Origin: an uncultured Acetobacteraceae bacterium
GTDB lineage: Bacteria; Pseudomonadota; Gammaproteobacteria; Steroidobacterales; Steroidobacteraceae
Direction of reading: 5' to 3'
Length of the DNA: 64,000 nt
Assembly (NCBI GenBank): GCA_964658135.1
Contig: CAZZXZ010000003.1
Coordinates: 5,914-69,913 of the forward strand
In this document: positions 1 to 9,963 of the stretch, in pieces
Position numbering within the stretch: position 1 is the first letter of the stretch
Layout: every line of letters begins with the position of its first letter
Notes under the pieces: generated by a model
What the model was told of the DNA's origin: nothing
Databases searched by the model: none
What the model saw: the letters and a program-made list of their open reading frames with translations, nothing else
Translations under genes and position numbers: made by a program

Positions 1-290
1 GCGCACCGGCAATCCCCGCCGCAGCGGCAAGCGCAGCCGCCGCGCCCGGCCGCACCGGCTCACTGTTCGTTCAAGCGGGTGCCTTCGCCGACCCGGCCAA
101 CGCGTCGCGGCTGGCGGACAAGTTACGCGGCGGAACCTACGGCAACGTCACGGTGAGGAACGACGTGATTGCCGGTCGTGCCATGTATCGGGTGCGCATC
201 GGCCCGGTGCCCGACGTGCCCGAGTTCGATCGCATCGTCGCGGCGCTGGAGCAAGCCGGCGTCCACGATGCTCATCTCGCGTTGAATTAG
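1..290 (+). CDS. rlpA: C-terminal fragment of a SPOR-domain protein (RlpA-like); 5' end lies outside the window
   Basis: Open frame runs in from the window edge (codons from nt 3) to TAG 288-290. The translation ...SLFVQAGAFADPANASRLADKLRGG...YRVRIGPVPDVPEFDRIVAALEQAG looks like a SPOR repeat. It sits directly upstream of a dacA/dacC-type gene, as rlpA does in many Gammaproteobacteria. Confidence 0.6.
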   Translation, partial: APAIPAAAASAAAAPGRTGSLFVQAGAFADPANASRLADKLRGGTYGNVTVRNDVIAGRAMYRVRIGPVPDVPEFDRIVAALEQAGVHDAHLALN

Positions 291-335
291 CGGTTAAACT
301 TTAGTCACACTCATTCAGAAGGTATTGCCATCACC

Positions 336-1469
336 ATGTTTCGTTCCTTGTTGAGTTTGGTTCTGTTGGCGGCGTTCGCCGTTCCGGGCCGCGCCGATAC
401 GCCGATTCCGAGCGCGCCGACGGTCGATGCGCGTGCCTACATCGTCGTCGACTTCCACACCGACAAGGTGCTCGCCGCGCAGAACGCGGTGGCCAAGTTG
501 GAACCGGCCAGCCTCACGAAACTGATGACCGCCTACATCGTGTTTACCGAATTGAGCACCGGCAAACTGAAGTTGGACGAGCCCGTGACGGTAAGCGAGC
601 ATGCATGGCGATCGGAAGGCTCGCGCACCTTCATCGAGCTCGGCAAGCCGGTCTCCGTCGAGCTGTTGATCCTCGGCATGATCGTGCAGTCGGGTAACGA
701 CGCCACGATTGCGCTGGCGGAAAAGATCGCCGGCACCGAAGGCACCTTCGTGCAGATGATGAACGACAACGCCAAGCGGCTCGGCATGGTCGGCACGCAC
801 TTCGAGAACAGTTCGGGGCTGCCCTCGCCGCAGCACTTCACCACGGCGCGCGACATGTCGCTGCTCGCGGTCGCCTTGATTCGCGACTTCCCGCAGTACT
901 ATAAATATTTCTCGGTGCGCGAGTTCGAACACAACGGCATCAAACAGCAGAACCGCAACGGCCTGCTGGGCCGCGACGCCAGCGTCGATGGCTTGAAGAC
1001 GGGTCACACGGATTCGGCCGGCTTCTGTCTCGTCACCTCGGCGCTGCGCGATGGCATGCGGGTGGTGTCCGTGGTGCTGGGTTCGGGTAGTTTCAAGGGC
1101 CGCGAAGATGCCAGTACCGCGCTGCTCAACTACGCGTTCAACTTTTACGACACGAAACTCATCGTCAAGGGCGCCACCAAGGTCGCCTCGACGCCGGTGT
1201 GGAAGGCGGCCCAATCATCCATCGATGTCGGCATCAAGGACGACTTGTATGTCACGGTACCGCGCGGTCAGGCCAACGACGTCAAGACGGCGGTCGCCGT
1301 GCAGCCGCGCCTGATCGCACCGCTGACCGAGGATTCCGTCGTCGGGCAGCTGCGGGTGCTCATGGGCAGCACCACGCTCGCGACCGTGCCGTTGCGTCCC
1401 CTCGCAGCCGATCCGGCGGGCGGCTGGTGGCGGCGCTTGATCGACACCATACGACTCTGGTTCCAGTGA
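336..1469 (+). CDS. dacC: D-alanyl-D-alanine carboxypeptidase (low-MW PBP5/6 family)
   Basis: 377-aa ORF with a signal peptide (MFRSLLSLVLLAAFAVPGRA). It has the SxxK (ASLTKLM), SxN (QSGND) and KTG (LKTGHT) boxes. Confidence 0.9.
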   Translation: MFRSLLSLVLLAAFAVPGRADTPIPSAPTVDARAYIVVDFHTDKVLAAQNAVAKLEPASLTKLMTAYIVFTELSTGKLKLDEPVTVSEHAWRSEGSRTFIELGKPVSVELLILGMIVQSGNDATIALAEKIAGTEGTFVQMMNDNAKRLGMVGTHFENSSGLPSPQHFTTARDMSLLAVALIRDFPQYYKYFSVREFEHNGIKQQNRNGLLGRDASVDGLKTGHTDSAGFCLVTSALRDGMRVVSVVLGSGSFKGREDASTALLNYAFNFYDTKLIVKGATKVASTPVWKAAQSSIDVGIKDDLYVTVPRGQANDVKTAVAVQPRLIAPLTEDSVVGQLRVLMGSTTLATVPLRPLAADPAGGWWRRLIDTIRLWFQ

Positions 1470-2341
1470 GCGTTCCGCTGCCCATCTGCTATCTGAGCGG
1501 CAGCTATGTGCCGCTTGCCGATGCGCACATATCGCCCCTCGACCGCGGCTTTCTGTTCGGCGATGCCGTCTATGAAGTCATACCGGTCTATGGCGGGCGG
1601 CCATTTCGCCTGCGTGAGCACTTGGATCGGCTGAATCGCAGCCTTTCCTCCATCCGCATGTCCGCGCCGCGTTCGCATGCCGAATGGGCGACGATATGTC
1701 TGCAGCTGATCGCGCAGGCCGGCGGTCAAGATTCCTACATCTACCTGCAGGTGAGCCGCGGCTCGGAACTCGGGCGCAACCACGCCTGGCCCGATGGACT
1801 CGCGCCGACGCTCTTCGCGTACGCCACGCCGCTCGATCCGACGCCGGCAAAACTCCTGGAGCAGGGTGTGGCCGCGGTCACCGCGCTCGATATCCGCTGG
1901 GCTCGACGCGACATCAAATCGACCGCGTTGCTGGCGAACATCTTGTTGAAAAAACTGAGTGCCGACGTGGGCGCCTTCGAGACCATCATGATCGAAAACG
2001 GCGAACTCACCGAGGGCTCGTCCACCACCGTTCACGTGATATCGAAAGGCGTGATCCACACCCCCCCGAACGGCTCGCACATTCTGCCGGGCACGACGCG
2101 CGATGTGGTGACCGAACTTGCCATCCGCGAGGATCTGGTCTGCAACAATAGCCGGGTGCCCGAGACATTGCTGCGCTCCGCCGATGAAATTTGGCTGGCA
2201 TTCGCGACGCGGGGAGTACTGCCGGTCACGCAGCTCGATGGCGAGCCGGTGGGCAACGGCAGGCCCGGGCCGCTGTTCAAACGCATTCGCGCGAGCTTCG
2301 ACGACTATGTGGAATCTCTGGCGGGAACCGCGCCGCTATGA
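1466..2341 (+). CDS. dat: D-amino-acid aminotransferase (fold-type IV PLP enzyme)
   Basis: GTG 1466 overlaps the dacC stop (GTGA). Motifs seen: LDRGFLFGDAVYEVIPVY, REHLDRLNRS, ELTEGSSTTVHVI. The longer ORF from 1199 overlaps dacC out of frame and is not credible. Confidence 0.8.
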   Translation: MSVPLPICYLSGSYVPLADAHISPLDRGFLFGDAVYEVIPVYGGRPFRLREHLDRLNRSLSSIRMSAPRSHAEWATICLQLIAQAGGQDSYIYLQVSRGSELGRNHAWPDGLAPTLFAYATPLDPTPAKLLEQGVAAVTALDIRWARRDIKSTALLANILLKKLSADVGAFETIMIENGELTEGSSTTVHVISKGVIHTPPNGSHILPGTTRDVVTELAIREDLVCNNSRVPETLLRSADEIWLAFATRGVLPVTQLDGEPVGNGRPGPLFKRIRASFDDYVESLAGTAPL

Positions 2342-2601
2342 ACGAGCCAACGCTGCAGGTCTTTCCGTGCGAATTTCACATCAAGGTCATGGGCCGGCAC
2401 GACAGCGACGTGCGCACCCTCACCCGGAGCATCGTCGAGCGCCACGCAGGTCCGGTCGCGGATTCGCTGGTACGCACCCGCACCAGCTCCGACGGTAATT
2501 TTCTCGCGCTCACCTACACAGTCACCGCGCAGAGTCGCGCACAATTGGACGACATCTATCGCGAACTGACCGCCTGTAAAGCGGTGCTCATGGCGTTGTG
2601 A
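2338..2601 (+). CDS. ybeD: YbeD/DUF493 family protein
   Basis: ATG 2338 overlaps the dat stop (ATGA). The 87-aa product MNEPTLQVFPCEFHIKVMG... matches the YbeD pattern. It sits in the conserved dac-ybeD-lip neighbourhood. Confidence 0.85.
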   Translation: MNEPTLQVFPCEFHIKVMGRHDSDVRTLTRSIVERHAGPVADSLVRTRTSSDGNFLALTYTVTAQSRAQLDDIYRELTACKAVLMAL

Positions 2602-3206
2602 TCGGCCGCGAAGCCCAATTCGCGCAATAGATGCGCCGTCAAACCGTCCGCCGCCTCGCGCACGCTCGCGACCTCGCACAGGTCCGCGAGACGTGTGACG
2701 GCGAGACCTCGATAACCGCATACGTTGATGCGCTGGAAAGGTTCGAGATCCGTGGCCACGTTGAGCGCGGCGCCGTGATAACTCGAACCCCGACGTACGC
2801 GCAGCCCGATGCTGGCGAGTTTGGCGCCGCCGACATAAACGCCGGGCGCCTCGCGCGAACCGCTCGCTGTCACGCCCAAAGTCCCGACGTAAGCGACGAT
2901 GGCGTTCTCCAGCGCAACCACCAGCTGTCGTACTCCCAATGCGTGGCGCCGCAGATCGATGAGGGGATAAATCACGAGCTGACCCGGACCGTGATAAGTC
3001 ACCTGGCCGCCGCGGTCGATGTCGAGTACCGGAATGTCGCCGGCCGCCAGCACGTGCGCGCGGTCGGCGTTCATACCCAGAGTGAAGATGGGTGGATGCT
3101 CGACCAACCAGATTTCATCGGCGGTCGCGGGGCCGCGTTCATCCGTGAAGCGTTGCATCGCACGCCACGTGGGCTCGTAGGGCACCAGCCCGAGGTGCCT
3201 GATCAG
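2556..3206 (-). CDS. lipB: Octanoyltransferase LipB (start uncertain)
   Basis: [19 protein letters not shown]...[22 protein letters not shown] is a clear LipB. The homology-consistent N-terminus begins at CTG 3206-3204, which overlaps the lipA stop (CTGA). Canonical alternatives are GTG 3323 or GTG 3350 (120-148 nt inside lipA) and ATG 3158 (truncating conserved residues). Confidence 0.8.
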   Translation of the reverse strand: MIRHLGLVPYEPTWRAMQRFTDERGPATADEIWLVEHPPIFTLGMNADRAHVLAAGDIPVLDIDRGGQVTYHGPGQLVIYPLIDLRRHALGVRQLVVALENAIVAYVGTLGVTASGSREAPGVYVGGAKLASIGLRVRRGSSYHGAALNVATDLEPFQRINVCGYRGLAVTRLADLCEVASVREAADGLTAHLLRELGFAADHNAMSTALQAVSSR

Positions 3207-4246
3207 AGGGGCGGCGGTAGCGACTTCGCACCCGGCAAACGGGCGTTGTTCAGCCCGGCGTTGTTGCGCATGAAAGCTTGCTCGGCGCGATAGCTGGAGC
3301 GCACCAACGGACCGGACACGCACTCGAGAAATCCCGCCGCGAGCGCCCACTCGCGATAGCGATCGAACTCGTCGGGCGTGACGAATCGTTCGATGTTCAA
3401 ATGATTTGCCGTGGGCCGCAGATATTGGCCCAGCGTCAAGATATCCACCGCCGCCGTCCGCAGATCCTGCAGCGTGCGCCGAATTTCGTCATCGGTCTCG
3501 CCCAACCCGAGCATGAGGCTGGTTTTCGTCAACACGGTGGGTCGATGACTCTTCGCGTGCTCGAGCACGTCCAGCGTCTGTCGATAGCCGGCACGCGGGT
3601 CGCGCACCGGATGGGTCAGGCGCTCGACGGTCTCCACGTTCTGGGCGAACACATCCAAACCCGAATCCACCACCGTACGAACGTCCTCGAGCACGCCCTC
3701 GAAATCCGGCGTGAGCGCTTCGACCGCCGTACCCGGGGTGCGTAATTTGATCGCGCGGATGGCTGCTGCGTAATGCGCCGCGCCGCCGTCCGGCAGATCA
3801 TCGCGGTTGACCGACGTCAGGACCACGTACTTGAGCCCCATGAGTTCCACCGAACGCGCCACGTTGTCCGGTTCCTCCGCATCCAGCCAGCCGCGCGGGT
3901 TGCCCGTATCGACCGCGCAAAAGCGGCAGGCGCGGGTGCAAACGGCGCCCATCAACATGATGGTGGCGGTGCCGGCGTTCCAACACTCACCGATGTTCGG
4001 ACACTTCGCCTCTTCGCACACAGTGCTCAACCGGTGCTCGCGCACGATGCTCTTGACGGTCGAAAATTCGGCGCCGGCGGCGAGCGGCGCCCGCAGCCAG
4101 GTGGGCTTACGCAACGTGGTCTGCCCCGCCACGGACTGCTTGATGCCGTCCTTGATCGCGGTAAAGCCCTGCGGCGTGATGTATTTCTCTCCGCTCCGAG
4201 CGGATCGTTGCTCGTGCGCGATGGGGATGCCTTTGAATTGCGCCAT
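3203..4246 (-). CDS. lipA: Lipoyl synthase (radical SAM)
   Basis: Motifs [12 protein letters not shown] and [10 protein letters not shown] (CxxxCxxC), with [12 protein letters not shown] 4246 is preceded by GGAG. TTG 4267 is an alternative start. Confidence 0.93.
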   Translation of the reverse strand: MAQFKGIPIAHEQRSARSGEKYITPQGFTAIKDGIKQSVAGQTTLRKPTWLRAPLAAGAEFSTVKSIVREHRLSTVCEEAKCPNIGECWNAGTATIMLMGAVCTRACRFCAVDTGNPRGWLDAEEPDNVARSVELMGLKYVVLTSVNRDDLPDGGAAHYAAAIRAIKLRTPGTAVEALTPDFEGVLEDVRTVVDSGLDVFAQNVETVERLTHPVRDPRAGYRQTLDVLEHAKSHRPTVLTKTSLMLGLGETDDEIRRTLQDLRTAAVDILTLGQYLRPTANHLNIERFVTPDEFDRYREWALAAGFLECVSGPLVRSSYRAEQAFMRNNAGLNNARLPGAKSLPPPL

Positions 4247-4288
4247 GCCGTCATTGTACTCCAGCAAGCCGTTCGACTTGTACTCCGG

Positions 4289-4984
4289 CTAGGCGTTCAA
4301 CGCGGCCAGCCGCTGCGGCGTGCCGACGTCCTCCCAAACTCCCTCGAAAAGCTCGCCGGCACAGGATTTCGCCGCGATCGAGCGCAGCAGTAGCGGTTTT
4401 AAGGGAAACGAGCCGTCCGCGCAGCCGGAAAAAAAACTCGGCCGATACACGGCAATGCCGGAAAAAGTGTACCGCGCGGACCCCACGGCGCCGACCTCCG
4501 GAGCCGCGGTGCAAAGCCCGTGCTGCAGCCCGAAATCGCCCCGTGCGTGGTGTGGCGGATTGGGCACCAACACGAGGCCCGCATCGTGCGCGGCAGCGAG
4601 CGTCAGCCGCGCGAAAGCATAGTTGGTCAGGATGTCGCCGTTGACCACCAAAAACGGCTCCGAACCCAGCATCGGCAGCGCGCGAAAGATGCCTCCCGCG
4701 GTCTCCAATGCCTGCGGCGTCTCTTCGCTGTAACGAATGTGCGCGCCATAATGCGCGCCGTCGCCAAGATACTCGCGGATCATCGAGCCCAGCCAGGCTA
4801 GGTTGATGACGATACGGTCTATGCCGCATTGCACCAAATGCTCGACATGACGTTCTATCAGCGGCTTTCCCCGCACGCACAGCAGAGGCTTCGGCATCGT
4901 GTCGGTGAGCGGCCGCATCCGCTCCCCGCGTCCTGCAGCCAGAATCATTGCGACCCGCGGTCGCTGCGCCGTCTCGCTACTCAC
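4289..4984 (-). CDS. murU: N-acetylmuramate alpha-1-phosphate uridylyltransferase-like nucleotidyltransferase
   Basis: AMILAAGRGERMRPLTDTMPKPLL is a sugar-1-P nucleotidyltransferase signature. It lies directly downstream of an AmgK-like kinase and next to lptD, as in Pseudomonas. Confidence 0.75.
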   Translation of the reverse strand: MSSETAQRPRVAMILAAGRGERMRPLTDTMPKPLLCVRGKPLIERHVEHLVQCGIDRIVINLAWLGSMIREYLGDGAHYGAHIRYSEETPQALETAGGIFRALPMLGSEPFLVVNGDILTNYAFARLTLAAAHDAGLVLVPNPPHHARGDFGLQHGLCTAAPEVGAVGSARYTFSGIAVYRPSFFSGCADGSFPLKPLLLRSIAAKSCAGELFEGVWEDVGTPQRLAALNA

Positions 4985-4996
4985 GAGCTCGTCCGC

Positions 4997-6031
4997 TCAC
5001 ATACCGACGCGGCGCTGCGCGGCGGCGAACGACGGGTCGATCCGCGTCGCCACGAAGTCGGCAAACGGTGCAAGCTCGGGATAGGCGCGCGCTGTCGCGC
5101 GCACATAGTCGAGCACCCGCGGCAGATCTTTCAAGTAGCCGGGCTTGCCGTCCCGGTAGAACAGCCGCGCGAAGATGCCCAATACCTTGATGTGCCGCTG
5201 CAGTCCCATCAGATCGAACCAGCGGATGAACTGAGCCTCATCGTCGGGCAGTCCGAAGCCGGCCCGCAGCAGCTGGTCACGATACCCGAGCAACCAACCG
5301 CGGACGCGGGCGGCCGGCCAGACGATGTAACAGTCCTTCAGCAGCGACACGGCATCGTAGGTGACCGGGCCGCGCACCGCGTCTTGAAAATCGAGAATGC
5401 CGGGATTGGCGGCGTCGCAGACCAACAAATTGCGCGAATGGTAATCGCGATGCACGAAGGTCGTCGGCTGGGCAAGCGCGGCGTCCACCAACACGGCGAA
5501 CGAGCGCTTCAACACATCGCGCTCTGGCGCGCCCAGCGTCATGCCCAAATGCCTGCCGAGGAACCATTCGGGCAGCAGTTCCATCTCCCTCAGCAGCAGG
5601 GCCTCGTCGTACGGCGCCAGTCGCCGCGCCGCTTCGGCGTCCGTGGTCTGCAGGGTGACCAAGGCGGCCAGCGCATCCGTGTAAAGGCGCTCGACGTCGC
5701 GACCGGCAGTCAGTTCATCGAGATATTGGCGCGACCCCAAATCGGACAACAGCAAGAATCCTTGCGCTTCATCCCGGGCCAATACGATGGGGACGTTCAA
5801 ACCCATGCCGGCCAGGGTGCGCGCCACGCCTATGAACGGCGCCACGGGCTCCATGGCGGGCGGCGCGTCCATGACGATGTAGCTGTCCACGCCGCGCGTA
5901 ACGCGGAAATACCGGCGAAAACTCGCATCGGCGGATGCCGGTTCGATCCGGCAGCCGGCGAACCCGAGCGTCTCGACCACCCACCGCGTCAATGCCGTCA
6001 GGCGGGAATCGCTTGCATCCGCTACACCCAT
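4997..6031 (-). CDS. amgK: Aminoglycoside-phosphotransferase-fold kinase (anomeric MurNAc/GlcNAc kinase AmgK-like)
   Basis: APH-fold motifs FVHRDYHSRNLLV and ILDFQDAV. ATG 6031 avoids overlap with the divergent lptD. Confidence 0.7.
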   Translation of the reverse strand: MGVADASDSRLTALTRWVVETLGFAGCRIEPASADASFRRYFRVTRGVDSYIVMDAPPAMEPVAPFIGVARTLAGMGLNVPIVLARDEAQGFLLLSDLGSRQYLDELTAGRDVERLYTDALAALVTLQTTDAEAARRLAPYDEALLLREMELLPEWFLGRHLGMTLGAPERDVLKRSFAVLVDAALAQPTTFVHRDYHSRNLLVCDAANPGILDFQDAVRGPVTYDAVSLLKDCYIVWPAARVRGWLLGYRDQLLRAGFGLPDDEAQFIRWFDLMGLQRHIKVLGIFARLFYRDGKPGYLKDLPRVLDYVRATARAYPELAPFADFVATRIDPSFAAAQRRVGM

Positions 6032-6098
6032 GCTTGACCATTCGCCCACCGCAAATGCGGCGGCACCAGTATACCGATTAAGGCGATTCACTTTGCCC

Positions 6099-8516
6099 AT
6101 GGCATTTCACGTCAGAGCCGCATTGGCTGTTGTTTTTTGTTGCGCGGTGACTCTGGTCTGTCATGCGGGGGACATGTGTCCCGCACCACCGAAGCATTCC
6201 CCGGCACCCGCCTCGCCGATCGCCGCGTTCGATCATCTCATTCACATCGAGAGCGGGGGCGCGGTGGTCGACGATGCCGGCCACGCCGCGTTGAGCGATC
6301 GGGTGACGGTGACGCAGGACGGTCGGACCGTGGCCGCGGATTCGATGAATTACGACTACAACACCGGCAAACTCGACGTCAAGGGCGCGGTCGATTTCGA
6401 AGATCCCAAACTGCGCATCAAGAGCGACACCGGCACTTACGACACCGTGGGCGGCGCGGCTTTCGATCAGGCCTTCTTTCAAATCCTCGATCGCAACGGC
6501 CGCGGGTTCGCGCGCGAAATGGCGGTGCAGCCGGACGGCAAGGTCCAACTCGACCAAGTTCGCTATACCACCTGTCCGGTGGGCAACGGCGATTGGATGC
6601 TGCAAGCCTCGTCGATCGATCTGGATACGGCGCGTCAGGAAGGTATCGGCCGCCACGTCGTGCTGCGTTTCAAGGACGTACCCATTTTCTACACGCCGTA
6701 CATTTCGTTTCCCTTGGGCGATGACCGCAAAAGCGGCGTGTTGTTTCCCAGTTTCGGGCACTCGACCAGTAACGGCTACCAGCTCGAGGTCCCGTATTAC
6801 TTCAATTTGGCACCGAATTACGACCTCACGTTGACGCCGGGTGTCCTGTCCGCGCGCGGCGTGCAGCTGGGAGCCGAATTCCGCTTTCTGAACAGCAGTT
6901 CACACGGCACCGTCGAAGGCAACTTTCTACCGGACGACCGGCAAACACACTCGGATCGCGATTATTTTCACATCACGGACGTCGCCGATCTGACCCGCGG
7001 TCTGCGCTTCGACGCCGATATCGCTAGCGTCAGCGACATCAACTATTTCTCCGATTTCGCCGTGGGCTCGGAGGCGACCAGCGTGACGTATTTGGAACGG
7101 CGCGCCGAGGTGTTGTATTACGATGATAGCTGGCGTGTGCGCGGTCAGCTGCAGAATTACCAGACCATTGATTACGATGTCATGGACTACAGCCGGCCCT
7201 ACTCGCGCGTTCCGCGCATCGAGGCGCAGGGCTTGTTTCCGATCGCGAACACGCCGCTCGAATTCGCGTTGGACGGCGAAGCCACCAACTTTTTGCGCGA
7301 CGTCGGCCCGAGCGGGGTGCGTGTGATCGCGCAACCGGAGCTGCGTTTGTCGGAACGCGGTGCCGGCTACTTCTTCGAACCTGCCTTGGGCTACCATTTC
7401 ACCCAGTACGATCTGCATAACGCGGATATGAACGACCCGCTCGCGACCGCGCGCGAACCGAGCACACCCACCCGAGCGTTGCCTTACGGTCGGATTGACA
7501 CGGGTCTGGTGTTCGAACGCGATGCCGGTTCTTCGGGGCAGCGCAGCCAGACGCTCGAGCCACGCATGGTCTACAGCTACGTGCCCTACCGCAACCAGGA
7601 CGAACTGCCCGTGTTCGATACCGGATTGCCCGATCTGAATTTGACCGAACTGTTCCGCACCGATCGCTACGTGGGCGGCGATCGCATCGGCGATGCCAAT
7701 CAAATTGCGTTGGGGCTCACCACCCGGCTGTTCGATCAGGCCTCGGGAGCCCAGTATCTGAGCGCCACCATCGGACAGATCCGTTACTTGTCGATTCCAC
7801 GCGTGACCTTGCCCGAATGGTATTTGCAGACATTGACCGGCCAGGCACCGGCGGTCTTGCAGCCGCAGAATCCGTTTGGCGTTGCCGGGCAGATCGTCGC
7901 CGGCATGCCGCAGACCTATTCACTCGGTCTGCCCGGCCAATTCACCACGGTGCAATCGCGAAAAGCCCAAGTTCTCGTCCCCGGGCAGGTGCAGGAAACG
8001 TTCCCCGCCTCGGACATCGTCACGGAAATCTCGCTCGCCGCGTACAAACACCTCAACGTCAATCTGGACTATCAGGTCAACCCCTATACCTGGCAGACCG
8101 ACAAGACCGAGATCTTGCTGCAATACCACCCGGAACCTTCGATGGTGATGAATCTCGGCTACCGGTTCCAAGACGGCATACTCAAACAATACGATGGGTC
8201 TTTTGCATGGCCGATCGCCGGCAACTGGAACACCGTCGGGCGTTGGGTGTATTCCCTCCAGGACCATCAAACCATCGAGCAATTGGCTGGATTCGAGTAC
8301 AAGAGCTGTTGCTATCGCATCCAGATCGTACAACGTCGGTATCTCTCGAATCGCACCGCCACGGGCAACGGAGGACTCGACACCTCGATTGCTTTACAAT
8401 TGGAACTCACGGGCCTGAGTTCGGTCGGAAAGCCTGCGGATGCTTTCTTGCAGAAAGAGATTCAAGGCTATGTGGCCCACGACCCGGCCGGCCGGGATGG
8501 CGCACCGGCGCCGTAG
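6099..8516 (+). CDS. lptD: LPS-assembly outer-membrane protein LptD
   Basis: About 805 aa with a signal peptide from ATG 6099 (MAFHVRAALAVVFCCAVTLVCHA). It has an OstA-like N-domain and a long beta-barrel (YYFNLAPNYDLTLTP...). It lies upstream of surA-pdxA-rsmA. Confidence 0.92.
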   Translation: MAFHVRAALAVVFCCAVTLVCHAGDMCPAPPKHSPAPASPIAAFDHLIHIESGGAVVDDAGHAALSDRVTVTQDGRTVAADSMNYDYNTGKLDVKGAVDFEDPKLRIKSDTGTYDTVGGAAFDQAFFQILDRNGRGFAREMAVQPDGKVQLDQVRYTTCPVGNGDWMLQASSIDLDTARQEGIGRHVVLRFKDVPIFYTPYISFPLGDDRKSGVLFPSFGHSTSNGYQLEVPYYFNLAPNYDLTLTPGVLSARGVQLGAEFRFLNSSSHGTVEGNFLPDDRQTHSDRDYFHITDVADLTRGLRFDADIASVSDINYFSDFAVGSEATSVTYLERRAEVLYYDDSWRVRGQLQNYQTIDYDVMDYSRPYSRVPRIEAQGLFPIANTPLEFALDGEATNFLRDVGPSGVRVIAQPELRLSERGAGYFFEPALGYHFTQYDLHNADMNDPLATAREPSTPTRALPYGRIDTGLVFERDAGSSGQRSQTLEPRMVYSYVPYRNQDELPVFDTGLPDLNLTELFRTDRYVGGDRIGDANQIALGLTTRLFDQASGAQYLSATIGQIRYLSIPRVTLPEWYLQTLTGQAPAVLQPQNPFGVAGQIVAGMPQTYSLGLPGQFTTVQSRKAQVLVPGQVQETFPASDIVTEISLAAYKHLNVNLDYQVNPYTWQTDKTEILLQYHPEPSMVMNLGYRFQDGILKQYDGSFAWPIAGNWNTVGRWVYSLQDHQTIEQLAGFEYKSCCYRIQIVQRRYLSNRTATGNGGLDTSIALQLELTGLSSVGKPADAFLQKEIQGYVAHDPAGRDGAPAP

Positions 8517-8647
8517 GACGCGCCGGTGCCGCGGGAAACCGCTCCGGTAGCAGCGTAAGGCCGCCGGTGCCATGCGGGCCGCCGGTCCGGTGAAACAGGC
8601 CGTGTTGATTGAGATTTCCACCCATCAGTCGGGAAGCTAGTCGGTTT

Positions 8648-9955
8648 ATGCGCAAAATTGTTGCCGTTTTCATAGGTTTGAGCGTCGCCCTGTGCGCGGT
8701 GCCCACGGTCTGGGCGCAGACTCGCGACATTGGCGTCCATGGCGAAATGCTGGATCGCATAGCGGCCATCGTGAACGAGGGGCTGGTCTTGAAGAGCGAA
8801 CTGGATGCTCAAATCGACGCGGTCACCAAACGTCTGCAGGAACAAAAGGTCGAATTGCCGTCGCAAAGCGTGCTCCGCCAGCAGGTGCTGGACCGCTTGA
8901 TCGTGCAAGAGATTCAAGCGCAGCGCGCCAAGCGGGTGGGATTGACCATCTCGGACGAACAATTGAACGGCGCCTTGCAGGAGATCGCGCAGCGTAACAA
9001 GATTCCTTTCGATCAGCTGCCGACCGCCTTGGAGGCCCAGGGTGTGGATTACAAGCAATATCGCGAATCCATGCGCAAGGAACTGACCTTGAGCACGCTG
9101 CGTCAACGCGACGTCATCGCGCACATCAACGTGACGCCGCACGAGTTGGAACAGTTTATCGCCCGTCAGCAGACGGCCGCGGCGAACGACGAATTCAACG
9201 TCTCGCACATTTTGTTGTCCTTGCCGGAGGCCGCCACACCGCAACAACTCGACGAGATCACCAAGAAAGCGCAGGACCTGGCCGATCGGGCCAACAAGGG
9301 CGAAGATTTTGGTCAGCTGGCCATCGCCAACTCGAACAGTCAGACCGCCTTGGATGGCGGTCAGTTGGGCTGGCGCAAGGGTTCGCAATTACCCGAATTC
9401 ATTTTACAGTTGGTCACCAAGATGAAGCCGGGCGAGATCAGCACGCCCGTGCGCACCCCGAGCGGTTTTCATATCGTCAAGCTCAACGACCGGCGCGGCG
9501 GTGAGAGCCAGGTCATCGTCAATCAAATTCACGTGCGCCACATCCTGCTCAAACCCAACGAACTGGACGACGATGCAACGGTCAGAGAAAAGCTCGGTAA
9601 ATTGCGCGACCGCATCTTGAAGGGCGAGGATTTCGCCGGCATCGCGTCGGCCACCTCGCAGGATCCGGGTTCCGCACCGGATGGCGGCGATCTGGGCTGG
9701 ACGGGGCCGGGCACCTTCGTACCGGAGTTCGACAAGGCGATCGCGGATCTCAAGGTGAACGAAATCACCGAGCCGTTCAAGACCCGCTACGGCTGGCACA
9801 TCGTGCAGATGTTGGGCACCCGCACGTACGACAGTACCGAGGATGTACGCAAACAAAGGGCGTTCGCGGCCATCCGCGAAAGCAAGGCGGACGAAGAGAC
9901 CGAGCTTTGGCTGCGGCGATTACGCGACGAGGCCTTCGTCGAAATCAAGATGTAG
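8648..9955 (+). CDS. surA: Periplasmic chaperone/PPIase SurA
   Basis: Signal peptide MRKIVAVFIGLSVALCAVPTVWA. Two parvulin modules (SGFHIVKL, YGWHIVQM). Conserved synteny. Confidence 0.92.
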   Translation: MRKIVAVFIGLSVALCAVPTVWAQTRDIGVHGEMLDRIAAIVNEGLVLKSELDAQIDAVTKRLQEQKVELPSQSVLRQQVLDRLIVQEIQAQRAKRVGLTISDEQLNGALQEIAQRNKIPFDQLPTALEAQGVDYKQYRESMRKELTLSTLRQRDVIAHINVTPHELEQFIARQQTAAANDEFNVSHILLSLPEAATPQQLDEITKKAQDLADRANKGEDFGQLAIANSNSQTALDGGQLGWRKGSQLPEFILQLVTKMKPGEISTPVRTPSGFHIVKLNDRRGGESQVIVNQIHVRHILLKPNELDDDATVREKLGKLRDRILKGEDFAGIASATSQDPGSAPDGGDLGWTGPGTFVPEFDKAIADLKVNEITEPFKTRYGWHIVQMLGTRTYDSTEDVRKQRAFAAIRESKADEETELWLRRLRDEAFVEIKM

Positions 9956-9963
9956 GCGCGGCG

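Noticed and set aside
4829-6037. 402-aa plus-strand ORF. Comparable long antisense ORFs occur at 315-1214, 9970-10848, 14087-15097, 15655-16437, 24515-25498, 31545-32753, 45640-46638, 58968-59780 and 59853-61319.
   Set aside because: Each lies opposite a gene with clear family motifs. Each has Arg/His/Gly/Pro-dominated, low-complexity translations and no start context. These are GC-rich shadow frames.
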